Shown here piece by piece: positions 1-12,493 of a stretch of DNA of 64,000 nucleotides. Below the pieces are notes generated by a model. That model made no database searches. It worked only from the letters and a program-made list of their open reading frames with translations, and had not been told where the DNA came from. The stretch's first letter is position 1. Every line of letters begins with the position of its first letter. The position numbers and the translations under genes were made by a program. The DNA comes from Gammaproteobacteria bacterium (GTDB lineage: Bacteria; Pseudomonadota; Gammaproteobacteria; Eutrophobiales; Eutrophobiaceae), in the NCBI GenBank assembly GCA_965238225.1, contig OZ250183.1, positions 1,600,001 through 1,664,000 on the forward strand, read 5' to 3'.

Positions 1-946
1 GTGTTTGGTTTTGATAGAGTTCTCTGGGCAAAGAAAATATGACTTGCTCAATTTCTCCAGGAGCTTCTTCAACTATTCCAGCACCCCATTCTTTTAATTG
101 ATCAACCACCGCCTTTACCAACACTTCCGGTGCAGAAGCACCAGCAGTCACACCAATACATTGTATACCGTCCAGCCATTCTTTTTTAATAACGGAGGCA
201 TTGTCTATCAGGTAAGAGGGCACCCCTACTTTTTCTGATATCTCCATCAAACGTGTTGAATTGGAGCTATTGGTTGAACCAACAACCAAAATCAAATCAC
301 ACTGTGCGCTTAACTTTTTTACTGCATCCTGTCTATTTTGCGTGGCGTAACAAATATCTTCTTTTTTTGGTCCGGAAATATTTGGAAAACGCTCACGTAA
401 GGCATCGATCACTTCTGTAGTATCATCCATGGATAATGTTGTCTGTGTAACAAAGGCTAGAAAATCAGAGTTCTCAACTTCTAGACTCCAAACATCTTCC
501 ACAGATTCAACCAAATACATTCCACCTTCATTGTCTTTATGCTGATATTGCCCCAACGTCCCTTCAACTTCCGGATGACCCTCATGGCCAATCAATATAC
601 ATTCCATGCCCTTCTCCTGATAATGCCCTACTTCCATATGGACTTTTGTCACTAATGGGCAAATTGCATCATAAACTTTTAGCTTTCTACGCGCCGCTTC
701 TTCACGAATCAACTTAGCTACACCATGCGCGCTGAAAATCACGGTAGCATTATCAGGGACTTCATCCAACTCCTCAACAAAAACTGCTCCCTTTATGCGC
801 AGTCTATCCACGACATATTTGTTATGAACAACTTCGTGTCTCACATAGATAGGTGAACCAAATAACTCCAATGCTCTTTCGACAATTTCGATCGCACGGT
901 CTACACCAGCACAAAATCCTCGTGGGTTAGCCATTATTATTTTCAT
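1..946 (-). CDS. ispH: 4-hydroxy-3-methylbut-2-enyl diphosphate reductase (3' end runs off window)
   Basis: Manual translation from ATG at 946 gives [19 protein letters not shown]...[11 protein letters not shown]...[11 protein letters not shown]. The start and end are in frame and no stop lies in the window, so it is absent from the ORF track. Confidence 0.95.
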   Translation of the reverse strand, partial: MKIIMANPRGFCAGVDRAIEIVERALELFGSPIYVRHEVVHNKYVVDRLRIKGAVFVEELDEVPDNATVIFSAHGVAKLIREEAARRKLKVYDAICPLVTKVHMEVGHYQEKGMECILIGHEGHPEVEGTLGQYQHKDNEGGMYLVESVEDVWSLEVENSDFLAFVTQTTLSMDDTTEVIDALRERFPNISGPKKEDICYATQNRQDAVKKLSAQCDLILVVGSTNSSNSTRLMEISEKVGVPSYLIDNASVIKKEWLDGIQCIGVTAGASAPEVLVKAVVDQLKEWGAGIVEEAPGEIEQVIFSLPRELYQNQT

Positions 947-1298
947 TGAATGTATCCTAAAATTTATTGCTGCAAGTCATTGTTAAAGACAACCTGTGTT
1001 GCTTTTTGATATGTATCAATGAATCTGAACATCTGCCATTATAAGTTAAGGGTTTTATGCGGGCTATCCTTAAAGTTATCTAAAACCATTTTAGAGTCGC
1101 CTTAAGAGAAAAAAGCCCGAAACGAGAGAAACCAATTTCGCCAGTGCATTTTGATACATAACAATAACTTAGTCTATATCTTGATCTGTATATAAAACTA
1201 TATCGCACATTTATACCACAATATTGCCTATTTTTATACAAAACGCTATTCCGAACGGCTTTCAATTGATTATGAAAGTTATCATTGATATCTAGATA

Positions 1299-1811
1299 TT
1301 ATTCAGTCTTATCACTAAACAAAAGCACATTAATCACCAGCATTACGGTGCCAATACTAATAGCAGAATCAGCAATATTAAATGCTGGCCATGGATTAAA
1401 TATTCTCCAAGGCAAGAAACTCAGCGAGATATCAATAAAATCGACAACATAGCCTAAAATAATACGATCCCAAAGGTTCCCTAGTGCACCGCCAAGAATA
1501 AGTGCTAATGCGCAGGCTATCCATCGTTGATTGGCTTTTAAGCTGTAAAGCCATGTCACTATAAATGTACTAACAACAAGTGTTAGGAAAATAAAAAAAT
1601 ATCTTTGCCAGCCAGAAGCGTTTGCTAAAATACTAAACGCAGCGCCTGTGTTATGCGTTAATGTTAGATTAAAACTTGGAATAACATAAACAGGGTTATG
1701 CATCTGTAAATTCTGGCTTGCAAAATTCTTTGTCCATAGATCGAAAATGAAAATCAGAGCTGTAAGCAATAACCATTTCAAATTTTTTAATCTGACGGGG
1801 AAATTAGCCAT
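1299..1811 (-). CDS. lspA: Lipoprotein signal peptidase II
   Basis: NTGAAFS, GGALGNLWDR, VVDFID and FNIADSAI motifs; follows ileS. Confidence 0.97.
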   Translation of the reverse strand: MANFPVRLKNLKWLLLTALIFIFDLWTKNFASQNLQMHNPVYVIPSFNLTLTHNTGAAFSILANASGWQRYFFIFLTLVVSTFIVTWLYSLKANQRWIACALALILGGALGNLWDRIILGYVVDFIDISLSFLPWRIFNPWPAFNIADSAISIGTVMLVINVLLFSDKTE

Positions 1812-1852
1812 CGCTATTAATCATAAAAGAATCAATCATCGCAAAAATATTT

Positions 1853-4654
1853 TTAGGCGTAACACCTTGACTCACCTTCTGCACAGATATTCTTGATACA
1901 ACGACTGCATAGCTCTGGGTGTTTGTTATGATCTCCGACATCTTTACGATGATGCCAACAACGTATACATTTTTTATCCGATGATTTAGAGATATGAATT
2001 TTAATTCCTTTAATCTCTGTCTCGACTACAGCTTGGTCAACTTCTGCTGCCGCATGTAAGGTCGCAGACGAGACAATAAAAATAAAGCGCAATTCATCTT
2101 CTATGTTTTTTAATAATAGTAATTCTTTTTCATCACAGTAAAGTTTCACCTCAGCATCAAGTGCAGAACCAATAGATCCTACAATACGCAATTTTTCTAA
2201 TTCCTTGCTAACTGTATCTCTGATATTTATTACCTGCTGCCAAAAATAACCGCGTGCCTGTGCACCTGTTTTTTCAGGAAAATTTGCATACCAAGTCTCA
2301 AGAAAAACAGACTCTCCTCTTTTATCTGGAAGATATTGCCATAGTTCTTCGGCGGTAAAGCTTAGTACCGGCGCTATCCATCGAACAAAAGCTTCAGTAA
2401 TATGGTACATAGCGGTTTGTGCGGAACGACGTCCCAAACTATCTGCCTGCATGGTATACATACGATCTTTCGTTACATCCATGTAAAAGCCACTCATTTC
2501 TATCCCACAGAATTTCTGTAGCTTCTGAAAGATTTTATGAAACTGGTAACTCTTATATGCGGATTGAATATCTTCTTGCAAAAATATCGCTTGATCTATT
2601 GCCCATTTGTCCAGATCGAGCATCTCATCATAAGCAATACAATCAGTCCTAGGATTAAAATCATGAAGGTTAGATATTAAATAACGTGCTGTATTTCTTA
2701 TCTTGCGATAGGCATCGGCCATGCGTTTAAGGATTTCATCCGAGACATACATTTCATTACGGTAATCTGTTGCTGCTACCCATAAACGTAAAATATCAGC
2801 ACCTAGAGAATTCATAATTTTTTGTGGCACGACGACATTGCCTTTAGACTTGGACATCTTCTTACCCTGTGCGTCAACCGTGAAACCATGCGTCAATACA
2901 CTTCTATAGGGCGCAACATTATTCATAGCGATTGATGTCAGTAGAGAAGATTGAAACCAGCCGCGATGTTGATCCGATCCTTCAAGATATAAATCAGCCG
3001 GAAAGCTTAATCGCTCATCTGCTCCTAGTACACTTGCATGCGTCACGCCTGAATCGAACCAGACATCTAATATATCGGTTATTTTTTCATAATCTCTGGC
3101 TTCATCACCCAGAAGTTCATTGATATCTAGATCAAACCATGCATCAATGCCATTTTTTTCTACACGAACAGCAACTTCCTCAATCAGTTTTTGTGATTTT
3201 GGATGCAACTCACCTGATTGCATGTGCGCAAATACTGCAATAGGCACTCCCCAAGTTCTTTGGCGAGAAATACACCAGTCAGGTCTACCACGCACCATAT
3301 CGTCGATGCGTTGTTTGCCCCAATCAGGCATCCATTCAACATGGTCAATTTCTTCCAAAGCTTTTTTACGCAATCCATTATCATCCATACTAATAAACCA
3401 CTGTGGTGTTGCTCGAAAAATAATCGGTGTTTTGTGACGCCAACAATGTGGATAACTATGTTTTATCTCTTCATAGTGCAACAGTGCCTGTTTTTCTTTT
3501 AAAACTTCTATGACATGCGTGTTAGCCTTGAAGACATGTTCACCGGAAAATATTTCAGTCTCAGGTAAAAAACAACCATTACTGCCAACAAGATTATCCA
3601 CTGGCAAGTTATATTTCATTCCAACAATATAATCATCATGACCATGACCTGGAGCGGTATGTACTGCACCTGTCCCTGCCTCCAAAGTAACATGATCACC
3701 GAGAATGATAGGCACTTCACGGTTATAGAATGGATGTTTGAGCTTTAACCCTTCCAACGCAGCACCATTTAATGTTTTAAGAATTTGATAATCTTCAATC
3801 CCTGATCGCTGCAACACAGATTCGTGCAACTCTTTTGCTAACAATAATCGTTGCGAAACATTTTCTGTCTGACACAAAACGATCACATACTCAAAATCCG
3901 AGCGTACGCTAACAGCCTGATTAGTAGGTAAAGTCCATGGTGTAGTAGTCCAGATAACGATTGATGTGTCGTCTAGAATTTTATCGTCAACCGCTCCCTC
4001 GCGCATTAAAGGAAACAAAACATCAATGGCAGGAGAAGATTTATCTTGATACTCAACTTCTGCCTCTGCCAAAGCAGAAGCACAATCAATACACCAATGC
4101 ACAGGTTTAGAACCTTTATGCAAATGACCCGCATCAATAATCTTTCCCAAGGCACGAATAATGTTTGCCTCAGTTTTAAAATCCATTGTCAGATAAGGAT
4201 TTTTCCAATCACCCAGAATACCTAGACGCTGAAAATCAACGCACTGTTTTTCGGTTTGTTTTGCTGCATAATCACGACATGCATTACGGAACGTATGCGC
4301 ATCAACTTTATGCCCAGTTCTACCGATCTTTTTTTCTACCATTAATTCAATAGGCAAACCATGACAATCCCATCCCGGAATATAAGGTGCATCGTAATCA
4401 CTTAAGCTATATGATTTAATAATAATATCTTTCAAAATTTTATTGACTGCATGACCAATATGAATATCGCCATTGGCGTAAGGTGGACCATCATGCAAAA
4501 TAAAAGAGTTCTTACCAGACCGTCTAGCTCTTAACTGACCATAAAGATCCATCTCCTGCCATTTTTTTAATATCTCAGGCTCGCGATTTGATAAATTTCC
4601 CCGCATAGGAAAATCTGTTTTCGGAAGGTTTAATGTATTCTTGTAATCAGGCAT
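1853..4654 (-). CDS. ileS: Isoleucine--tRNA ligase
   Basis: [15 protein letters not shown] (HIGH), KMSKS, C-terminal CxRCWH zinc finger. Confidence 0.99.
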   Translation of the reverse strand: MPDYKNTLNLPKTDFPMRGNLSNREPEILKKWQEMDLYGQLRARRSGKNSFILHDGPPYANGDIHIGHAVNKILKDIIIKSYSLSDYDAPYIPGWDCHGLPIELMVEKKIGRTGHKVDAHTFRNACRDYAAKQTEKQCVDFQRLGILGDWKNPYLTMDFKTEANIIRALGKIIDAGHLHKGSKPVHWCIDCASALAEAEVEYQDKSSPAIDVLFPLMREGAVDDKILDDTSIVIWTTTPWTLPTNQAVSVRSDFEYVIVLCQTENVSQRLLLAKELHESVLQRSGIEDYQILKTLNGAALEGLKLKHPFYNREVPIILGDHVTLEAGTGAVHTAPGHGHDDYIVGMKYNLPVDNLVGSNGCFLPETEIFSGEHVFKANTHVIEVLKEKQALLHYEEIKHSYPHCWRHKTPIIFRATPQWFISMDDNGLRKKALEEIDHVEWMPDWGKQRIDDMVRGRPDWCISRQRTWGVPIAVFAHMQSGELHPKSQKLIEEVAVRVEKNGIDAWFDLDINELLGDEARDYEKITDILDVWFDSGVTHASVLGADERLSFPADLYLEGSDQHRGWFQSSLLTSIAMNNVAPYRSVLTHGFTVDAQGKKMSKSKGNVVVPQKIMNSLGADILRLWVAATDYRNEMYVSDEILKRMADAYRKIRNTARYLISNLHDFNPRTDCIAYDEMLDLDKWAIDQAIFLQEDIQSAYKSYQFHKIFQKLQKFCGIEMSGFYMDVTKDRMYTMQADSLGRRSAQTAMYHITEAFVRWIAPVLSFTAEELWQYLPDKRGESVFLETWYANFPEKTGAQARGYFWQQVINIRDTVSKELEKLRIVGSIGSALDAEVKLYCDEKELLLLKNIEDELRFIFIVSSATLHAAAEVDQAVVETEIKGIKIHISKSSDKKCIRCWHHRKDVGDHNKHPELCSRCIKNICAEGESRCYA

Positions 4655-4807
4655 TTATTTTTAACTATTGATTCCTGTCTGGTTTTCTTGTTCTTGTGCC
4701 ATAAATTATTGAATCAAACATGCTAAAGGAAAAATGCCGGATAGGAAAGTATAGGGATGTACGATTATTATTCAATCTATACCTAGGTAGGTTTATCAAT
4801 GTCGGCA

Positions 4808-5737
4808 TTATTTTTTGGAGAAATATTCCCGTGCATTTTGAATATCAATTTCGATGGCTTTTTTAAGCGCATCAATATCTGAATATTTTTCCTCATGCCT
4901 AAGTTTCTGTAGAAATTCCACGCGAATATGTTTTGTGTAAAGGTCTTCATTAAAATCTAGAATGTGTGTCTCCATACACATATCTTCTCCGTCAAATATG
5001 GGTCGCGTACCAATACTGGTCACAGCAGGATAATTTTTATCATTGATTCCATGGACACGGGTGATATAAATCCCAGCTACTGGACTACGCAGTCTATGTA
5101 ACTCCATATTCGCGGTTGGAAATCCAAGACCTGTGCCTCGTTTATTACCGTGAACCACTCGACCGCTGATTATATAATTTCTACCCAATAACTGACTGAC
5201 TAATTTTAGATCATCATCTGCAAGCGCCTGTCTCAATCTTGTGCTACTAATCCGTTGTCCCGCAAACAAACAGGTATTAGTATAATCCAGTTCGTAGCTG
5301 AACTCATTGGTCATCTTCTTTAACATTGAATAATCACCTTGCCGATTTTTGCCGAAACGAAAATCATCGCCCACTACGAGATGTCGTATATTCAGACTGT
5401 CAATTAAAATCTGCTCAACAAACTCTTTCGCAACAAGATTAAACAATTTTTTGTCAAACCTAAGGATAACTAAACGATCGATATCTAATTGATTGAAACC
5501 TTCAATCTTTTCTCTGAGGCGAGTTAATCTTGCAGGGGCATTATCTGGTGAAAAATATTCCTGCGGTTGCGGCTCAAAAATAACAATAGCCGTAGGCAGA
5601 TCATATTTATTTGAAACTTCTTTAAGCTGCAAAATAATCTCCTGATGTCCTAAATGTAAACCATCAAAATTGCCAATGCTTGCGACACATTTTTTGTGGT
5701 GTTTCTTAAGGTTATTAAGGCTGCGTATCAATTCCAT
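4808..5737 (-). CDS. ribF: Bifunctional riboflavin kinase/FAD synthetase
   Basis: IGNFDGLHLGHQ, GDDFRFG, ISSTR, LGFPTAN; conserved murJ-ribF-ileS order. Confidence 0.98.
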   Translation of the reverse strand: MELIRSLNNLKKHHKKCVASIGNFDGLHLGHQEIILQLKEVSNKYDLPTAIVIFEPQPQEYFSPDNAPARLTRLREKIEGFNQLDIDRLVILRFDKKLFNLVAKEFVEQILIDSLNIRHLVVGDDFRFGKNRQGDYSMLKKMTNEFSYELDYTNTCLFAGQRISSTRLRQALADDDLKLVSQLLGRNYIISGRVVHGNKRGTGLGFPTANMELHRLRSPVAGIYITRVHGINDKNYPAVTSIGTRPIFDGEDMCMETHILDFNEDLYTKHIRVEFLQKLRHEEKYSDIDALKKAIEIDIQNAREYFSKK

Positions 5738-5767
5738 AGATCGTTTATTTAATTAGCTTTGCTCTCA

Positions 5768-7318
5768 CTAAAGATTCATATCATGTTTGCGTAAGCCAAT
5801 TAACCATAATGCAGAAAAATAACTGCCTGTACCAAGAATGATATATAGCGTCAATCGTAGTACACGCGTCCAAACATCCCACTGCAACCAAAACATTTTG
5901 CTTGGTGTTAGAAAATACAACAAAATACTCATGACACCCACAGCAAATATGATCCGCAAAATAAATATACTCCAACCATTTTCTGGTAAAAATACTTTGC
6001 CTTTACGTAAAAAATAATAAAGTAATCCTGCGTTAATAAATGCAGAAATCGAAGTTGCTAGCGCTAGCCCTGCGTGGGCAAGCGGACCAATCAATATAAG
6101 ATTTAAAATAATATTAGAAAACATGGCAAGCACTGCTATCTTAACCGGCATTTTGGTGTCTTGGCGCGAAAAATAAGCACTTGCCAGCACCTTAATCAGG
6201 ATAAACCCAGGCAAGCCAATCGCATAAGCCAGCAAACTCTCTCTGGATCTACTCACAAAATATGGACTGAACTCACCATACTGAAACAAGGTGGTCAATA
6301 TTGGATCTGCGAGCAACATTAGACCAAAAGTGGCTGGAATACTAATAATAAATACCCAGCGTAAGGCCCAGTCAAGAAGACGCGTGAACTTTTCGGTGGC
6401 TTTTTGAGCGTGCCTTTCTGATAGTTTTGGCAAAATGACCGTAGCCAAAGCAACGCCAAATACACCCAATGGGAATTCCATTAATCTATCAGAATAATAC
6501 AGCCAGGAGATACTGCCACTCACTAGAAATGATGCCATGAACATGTCTACAATCAGATTAATTTGTGAAACAGAAACTGCAAATAATGTCGGGATCATTA
6601 GTTTGATAATGTGACTTACACCTTCATGATCTTTTTTAAGTCTTGGTCTAGGTAATCGCTTCAGGCGCAAAAGAAATGGTACTTGAAAAAAAAGCTGAGC
6701 ATTACCCGCAATCAATACTCCCCAGGCAAGTGCTGTAATTTGTAGCCCCACTTCCAACATCGGTGCTAACCAGATAGCACAGACAATCAAAGAGATATTC
6801 AGAAGAACTGGAGTAAAGGCCGGGACAGCAAAGCGTCCGTAAGCGTTAAGTATGCCGCCTGCAAATGCAGTTAAAGAAATAAATAATATGTAGGGAAAGG
6901 TGATTCTAAGCATGTATACGGATAATTCAATTTTATTGGCATCGCCAGAAAAACCCGCTGCAAAGATCATTATGAGCAAAGGCGCAGCGATTACTCCAAT
7001 AACTGTTACACCAAACAACACTAGACCAAGCCTACCACTTACATGATCCAACAGATCTTGCACATCGGATTCGCGCCGTTTATTTTTATATTCTGTAAGC
7101 ACAGGCACAAAGGCCTGTGAAAAAGCACCTTCTGCAAATAACCTTCGCAGGTAATTTGGAATCTTGAAGGCCACAAAAAAAGCATCTGATTCCAAGCCAG
7201 CCCCAAAAATGCGGGCGATCACAATATCTCTAAGTAAACCAAATACCCGAGATAAAGTTGTCATAAAGCTGACAATAAATGTGGATTTAAGTAATCGTTT
7301 TGACAAGTTAGACGGCAA
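5768..7318 (-). CDS. murJ: Lipid II flippase MurJ
   Basis: SRVFGLLRD, RRLFAEGAFSQAFVP, YSDRLMEFPLG; multi-TM. Confidence 0.97.
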   Translation of the reverse strand: MPSNLSKRLLKSTFIVSFMTTLSRVFGLLRDIVIARIFGAGLESDAFFVAFKIPNYLRRLFAEGAFSQAFVPVLTEYKNKRRESDVQDLLDHVSGRLGLVLFGVTVIGVIAAPLLIMIFAAGFSGDANKIELSVYMLRITFPYILFISLTAFAGGILNAYGRFAVPAFTPVLLNISLIVCAIWLAPMLEVGLQITALAWGVLIAGNAQLFFQVPFLLRLKRLPRPRLKKDHEGVSHIIKLMIPTLFAVSVSQINLIVDMFMASFLVSGSISWLYYSDRLMEFPLGVFGVALATVILPKLSERHAQKATEKFTRLLDWALRWVFIISIPATFGLMLLADPILTTLFQYGEFSPYFVSRSRESLLAYAIGLPGFILIKVLASAYFSRQDTKMPVKIAVLAMFSNIILNLILIGPLAHAGLALATSISAFINAGLLYYFLRKGKVFLPENGWSIFILRIIFAVGVMSILLYFLTPSKMFWLQWDVWTRVLRLTLYIILGTGSYFSALWLIGLRKHDMNL

Positions 7319-7425
7319 CCAAATTTTGAATATTTAATATAATCTAGCTATGTATAAGCTATCCATTTGTTTATTATAATATTTATTCTATAAACATAAG
7401 AATAACATATCGTAGGATCAAAGGA

Positions 7426-7454
7426 TTGACAAATAAGAGTAGGGTAAGCATAGT
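7426..7454 (+). promoter_or_regulatory. Sigma70-type promoter of rpsT
   Basis: TTGACA-17 bp-CATAGT followed by a GC-rich discriminator. Confidence 0.6.
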
Positions 7455-7508
7455 TACGCGCCTCAAATAAGACATAATTTTTAGAAATTAATCAGGAGTG
7501 TAACTATA

Positions 7509-7769
7509 TTGGCTAATATTGCCTCAGCAAAAAAACGTGTGCGCCAAAACGAAGCTCGCCGTAAACACAAAGCAGGTCAACACTCTTTGCTTAGAACCTC
7601 TATAAAAAAAGTTGATACGGCCATCAAAAACAAAAATAAGGCAGAAGCAAAAAGTGCATATCAAGCGGCAGTCCCTATCATTGACAGTATGGCAAATAAA
7701 GGTTTAATTCATAAGAATAAGGCAGCTCGCCATAAGAGTCGCTTGAATGCTTGCGTTCGCGCACTTTAA
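7509..7769 (+). CDS. rpsT: 30S ribosomal protein S20
   Basis: ANIASAKKR...IHKNKAARHKSRL; TTG start with AGGAG RBS. Confidence 0.98.
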   Translation: MANIASAKKRVRQNEARRKHKAGQHSLLRTSIKKVDTAIKNKNKAEAKSAYQAAVPIIDSMANKGLIHKNKAARHKSRLNACVRAL

Positions 7770-7831
7770 ACTCTAACAACTTATTAGTACATTTATGCTT
7801 ATCGGATTCTGATAAGACTCTACAGTAGAAT

Positions 7832-8956
7832 TCATAACAAAATTAAATCATCGCGATGAATTAATTCTTCTGAATCCACATAACCTAACAGGCTTTCAAT
7901 TTTATCGCTGCTTTGACCCATGATTTTACGTGTCTCTACGGCATCATAGTTTATTAGACCCCGTGCTATCTCTTGACCCTGAGGATCAACGCAAGAGACA
8001 ATTTCACCGCGCTTAAAATTTCCGGAAATACAAACGACACCAACAGCAAGTAAACTTTTCCCTTGCTGGGATAATACGCGGGCTGCGCCCTCATCAATAT
8101 TTAAAATACCATTGGTTTGTGACTGACCAGCCAACCATTGTTTACGTGCAGTAAATACCTCCTGATTGCTGCTTAATAAAGTGCCACAATTATCACCTTG
8201 AGCAATTTTTTTAAGAATATCTTTAGCAAACCCCGAAGCAATCACAGTGCTAGCGCCCGACTTCGCAGCCATCGATGCTGCTTTTAATTTTGTCAGCATA
8301 CCGCCCCTGCCAAGCGCACCGCCCTCTTCTGCGTATTTTTCCAGTGATGTATCGCAGGCTTCGGCTTCGTTGATCATTTTTGCCTGTGGATTTTTATGAG
8401 GGTCTGCTTCATAAAGCCCCTCTTTGTCTGTCAGCAAAACCAGTAAATCTGCATCAACCAAGTGTGTTATTAAACTAGCTAACGTGTCATTATCGCCAAA
8501 GCGAAGCTCATCAGTTGAAACTGTATCATTCTCGTTCACGATTGGAACCACATCGAGCTTTAACAGAGTCCGCAATGTGCTTCTTACATTGAGATAGCGC
8601 TCACGGTTTGACATAACTTCATGGCTTAGCAATATCTGTGCAGTCTGGATTTGATGGTTTTGAAAACAGGATTCCCACGCCCTAATCAGCCCCGCTTGTC
8701 CAACTGCTGCTGCTGCTTGCAAATCGTGTATCGCATGAGGTCTCTTTTTCCAGCCAAGGCGGGTCATACCTTCCGCTATCGCACCTGATGAAACTATAAC
8801 AATCTCGTGGCCTTTTTGTCTTAACTCATGTATCTGTTTGCCCCAAGCGTTTAGAGAATCAACGCGCAAGCCACAGCCTTCATTGGCCAGTAATGCACTG
8901 CCCAACTTAACCACCCATCGGTTTGTCTTTGTTAATTTTTTTCGTAACTCACTCAT
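7832..8956 (-). CDS. proB: Glutamate 5-kinase
   Basis: VVKLGSA, NENDTV, FGDNDTLA, GGMLTKL, C-terminal PUA domain. Confidence 0.97.
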   Translation of the reverse strand: MSELRKKLTKTNRWVVKLGSALLANEGCGLRVDSLNAWGKQIHELRQKGHEIVIVSSGAIAEGMTRLGWKKRPHAIHDLQAAAAVGQAGLIRAWESCFQNHQIQTAQILLSHEVMSNRERYLNVRSTLRTLLKLDVVPIVNENDTVSTDELRFGDNDTLASLITHLVDADLLVLLTDKEGLYEADPHKNPQAKMINEAEACDTSLEKYAEEGGALGRGGMLTKLKAASMAAKSGASTVIASGFAKDILKKIAQGDNCGTLLSSNQEVFTARKQWLAGQSQTNGILNIDEGAARVLSQQGKSLLAVGVVCISGNFKRGEIVSCVDPQGQEIARGLINYDAVETRKIMGQSSDKIESLLGYVDSEELIHRDDLILL

Positions 8957-8997
8957 TCGGTACAGCCTTCGATAAAAATTTCTACCATCAATCTCTT

Positions 8998-10128
<1,131 letters not shown>

Positions 10129-10203
10129 TTATGCTGCCTGCGACAACCCGCACATCTTATATACATACATCTTGCATACCTATATTAAAAAAAATTCACA
10201 CAA

Positions 10204-10235
10204 TTTAAAAACCCCGCAAATGCGGGGTTTTTAAA
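10204..10235. terminator. Intrinsic terminator after rpmA
   Basis: Perfect inverted repeat TTTAAAAACCCCGCA-AA-TGCGGGGTTTTTAAA. Confidence 0.85.
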
Positions 10236-10258
10236 GGATGCATTATCTTGCTTTTCGT

Positions 10259-10519
10259 TTACTGGCTCGTAACCACACTTACAAAGGTGCGACTTTTCGA
10301 TCCCTTGTGTTCAAATAAAACCTTACCTTCTGTCTTGGCAAATAAAGTATGATCATGACCTAAACCAACATTAGATCCAGCATGAAATTTTGTGCCGCGT
10401 TGCCTGACTAGAATATTGCCTGCCAAAACAGCTTCACCCCCATATTTTTTCACGCCCAATCGCTTGGATTCTGAATCGCGACCATTTCTTGTACTGCCGC
10501 CTGCTTTTTTATGTGCCAT
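10259..10519 (-). CDS. rpmA: 50S ribosomal protein L27
   Basis: [24 protein letters not shown]. Confidence 0.99.
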   Translation of the reverse strand: MAHKKAGGSTRNGRDSESKRLGVKKYGGEAVLAGNILVRQRGTKFHAGSNVGLGHDHTLFAKTEGKVLFEHKGSKSRTFVSVVTSQ

Positions 10520-10541
10520 TTTCTATCAGCTCCGGATAAAT

Positions 10542-10862
10542 TTAAGCCTGTTTGGCTGTAATTTTCGTAATGGACAATTCTGTATACGCCTGACGATGCC
10601 CCATCTGCTTACGATGATGCTTACGACGACGAAATTTCACAATCTTTACCTTGTCCCCGCGACCATGTGCGTTTACCTTGGCAGAAACTGTTGCACCCTC
10701 CACATTAGGTGTGCCCACCGTAGTTTTCTCGCCATCAATCACCATCAAAACGTCTGATATCTTGATTGTGTTACCTTCTTCGACATCCAGCTTTTCGACC
10801 TTGACTAGATCGCCTGCTTGTACCTTATATTGCTTACTGCCGGTCTTAATTACCGCAAACAT
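10542..10862 (-). CDS. rplU: 50S ribosomal protein L21
   Basis: [12 protein letters not shown]...[16 protein letters not shown]; start moved to the ATG at 10862. Confidence 0.98.
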   Translation of the reverse strand: MFAVIKTGSKQYKVQAGDLVKVEKLDVEEGNTIKISDVLMVIDGEKTTVGTPNVEGATVSAKVNAHGRGDKVKIVKFRRRKHHRKQMGHRQAYTELSITKITAKQA

Positions 10863-11079
10863 TAATCTCTTCTCCAAGAAACCCAGAGAACACCTAGGAA
10901 TAAGATTCTAAAAGGTCGCAGATTTTAAGGAATTCACCTTGTATATACAAGTCAAAAGGCACATTAATATTGGTTTCAACCTATAATTTTTAAGGTTTTC
11001 ATGGCAATCTGTCCTCTTCGTTGGCAAAATTTATGGAAATCTGCTCAAACGACTATTTTCGTTAAATCATTTTAATTTT

Positions 11080-12087
11080 GTGAAGCCACTAAAATCAACG
11101 CCACCAGAACAATATGATGCGCACATAGACGCGTTACATGGGCTTATTTATGAGGATATGCAGCTGGTTGATACATTGATTCAGAAGAGCTTGCAATCTA
11201 GTGTCGTTCTCATCAATCAGGTGGGACATCACATCGTAAGTAGCGGAGGCAAACGGCTTAGGTCAGCACTACTTTTACTGATTGTGCGACATTTTGGCTA
11301 TACAGGCACACAGCACATTAATCTGGCAGCAATTATCGAATTTATCCATACAGCAACACTTCTGCATGATGATGTGGTGGATGCTTCTATATTGAGGCGA
11401 GGTCAGGAAACAGCTAATCAAAAATGGGGTAATGAAGCAAGTGTGTTGGTGGGAGATTTCCTCTACTCACGAGCATTTCAGATGATGGTAGGCGTAGAAT
11501 CCATGCGGGTCATGGACATATTTTCAGAGGCAACCAACACCATTGCAGAAGGTGAAGTCCAGCAATTACTCAATAACCATGACCCGAATATAACAGAAGC
11601 CAACTATATCAACACCATTCAAAGTAAGACGGCAAAATTATTTGAAGCGACCGGTAGGCTAGGGGCGATTCTCAGTGAACGTGACTTTAATGACGAAGAA
11701 ACTATGGCTAGATACGGTCTGCATTTAGGCACAGCATTTCAGCTAATTGATGATGTGCTCGACTATAGCACCTCGAATCCTGCGCTTGGTAAGAACATTG
11801 GTGATGACTTGGCTGGGGGAAAACCGACACTGCCCTTGCTTTATGCCCTATGGAACAGTTCAAAAAAGGATGCAAATATTATACGCAAAACTATTTTAAG
11901 TGGCGGCCTAGATGATATCGATGCCATCCGAAACATTATTAAAGAAACTAGGGCAATAGAATACACTGTAGGGCGCGCGCAAGAAGAAGCCCGCCTTGCC
12001 ATTTTGGCATTGGATCGTTGCCTAGAAACGCAATACCTTGATGCCATGATTAGCTTGGTCAAATTTTCAGTAGAAAGACAGTATTGA
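11080..12087 (+). CDS. ispB: Octaprenyl diphosphate synthase
   Basis: GGKRLR, HTATLLHDDVVD and FQLIDDVLD Asp-rich motifs; divergent from rplU. Confidence 0.95.
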   Translation: MKPLKSTPPEQYDAHIDALHGLIYEDMQLVDTLIQKSLQSSVVLINQVGHHIVSSGGKRLRSALLLLIVRHFGYTGTQHINLAAIIEFIHTATLLHDDVVDASILRRGQETANQKWGNEASVLVGDFLYSRAFQMMVGVESMRVMDIFSEATNTIAEGEVQQLLNNHDPNITEANYINTIQSKTAKLFEATGRLGAILSERDFNDEETMARYGLHLGTAFQLIDDVLDYSTSNPALGKNIGDDLAGGKPTLPLLYALWNSSKKDANIIRKTILSGGLDDIDAIRNIIKETRAIEYTVGRAQEEARLAILALDRCLETQYLDAMISLVKFSVERQY

Positions 12088-12183
12088 GTAAATGGTTTTA
12101 GTAAAAGGTTTCATGCAGATTTTGGTTAATGAATCACTGCTTAAAAATCGCAAAACTGCAAAGTGTTTTACTCGTAAATATGT

Positions 12184-12260
12184 CGGCGTGTAGCGCAGCT
12201 TGGTAGCGCATTCGCTTCGGGAGTGAAAGGTCGGAGGTTCGAATCCTCTCACGCCGACCA
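12184..12260 (+). tRNA. tRNA-Pro(CGG)
   Basis: CGGCGTG/CACGCCG acceptor stem, anticodon arm TTCGC-TTCGGGA-GTGAA, GGTTCGAATCC T-arm, CCA end. Confidence 0.97.
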
Positions 12261-12264
12261 ATTT

Positions 12265-12390
12265 TTAGAAGGTCTTTGCTGGGCACATAGATAACAGTTT
12301 TGATATAAACGGATTGTCCGCTGGTTCGATGCGATCAACCTCTTCATCAAAACAGCCTAACTCATACTTCATAAAACTAACAAAACAAAG
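12265..12390 (-). mobile_element. IS481-family transposase C-terminal remnant
   Basis: Manual translation VSFMKYELGCFDEEVDRIEPADNPFISKLLSMCPAKTF* resembles my recollection of the IS481 C-terminus (VSFMxYDLGxFDxExxRxEPxxNPF...VLPM). Confidence 0.7.
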
Positions 12391-12471
12391 GCATTGTTAG
12401 TTTAGCGTTACGAATAATAGTGCTAGTTAATAAATTACACTTTTTTTTAATGGTACGTGCTTTTTTGATAA

Positions 12472-12493
12472 AGAGCGGGTGACTGTTAATCAC
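12472..12493 (+). repeat. 22-bp exact copy of the tRNA-Asn D-stem/anticodon arm (att-like)
   Basis: AGAGCGGGTGACTGTTAATCAC is identical to 19760-19781. Confidence 0.9.

Noticed and set aside
12067-12261. 64-aa ORF MVGVRGFEPPT
   Set aside because: It is the antisense translation of tRNA-Pro.
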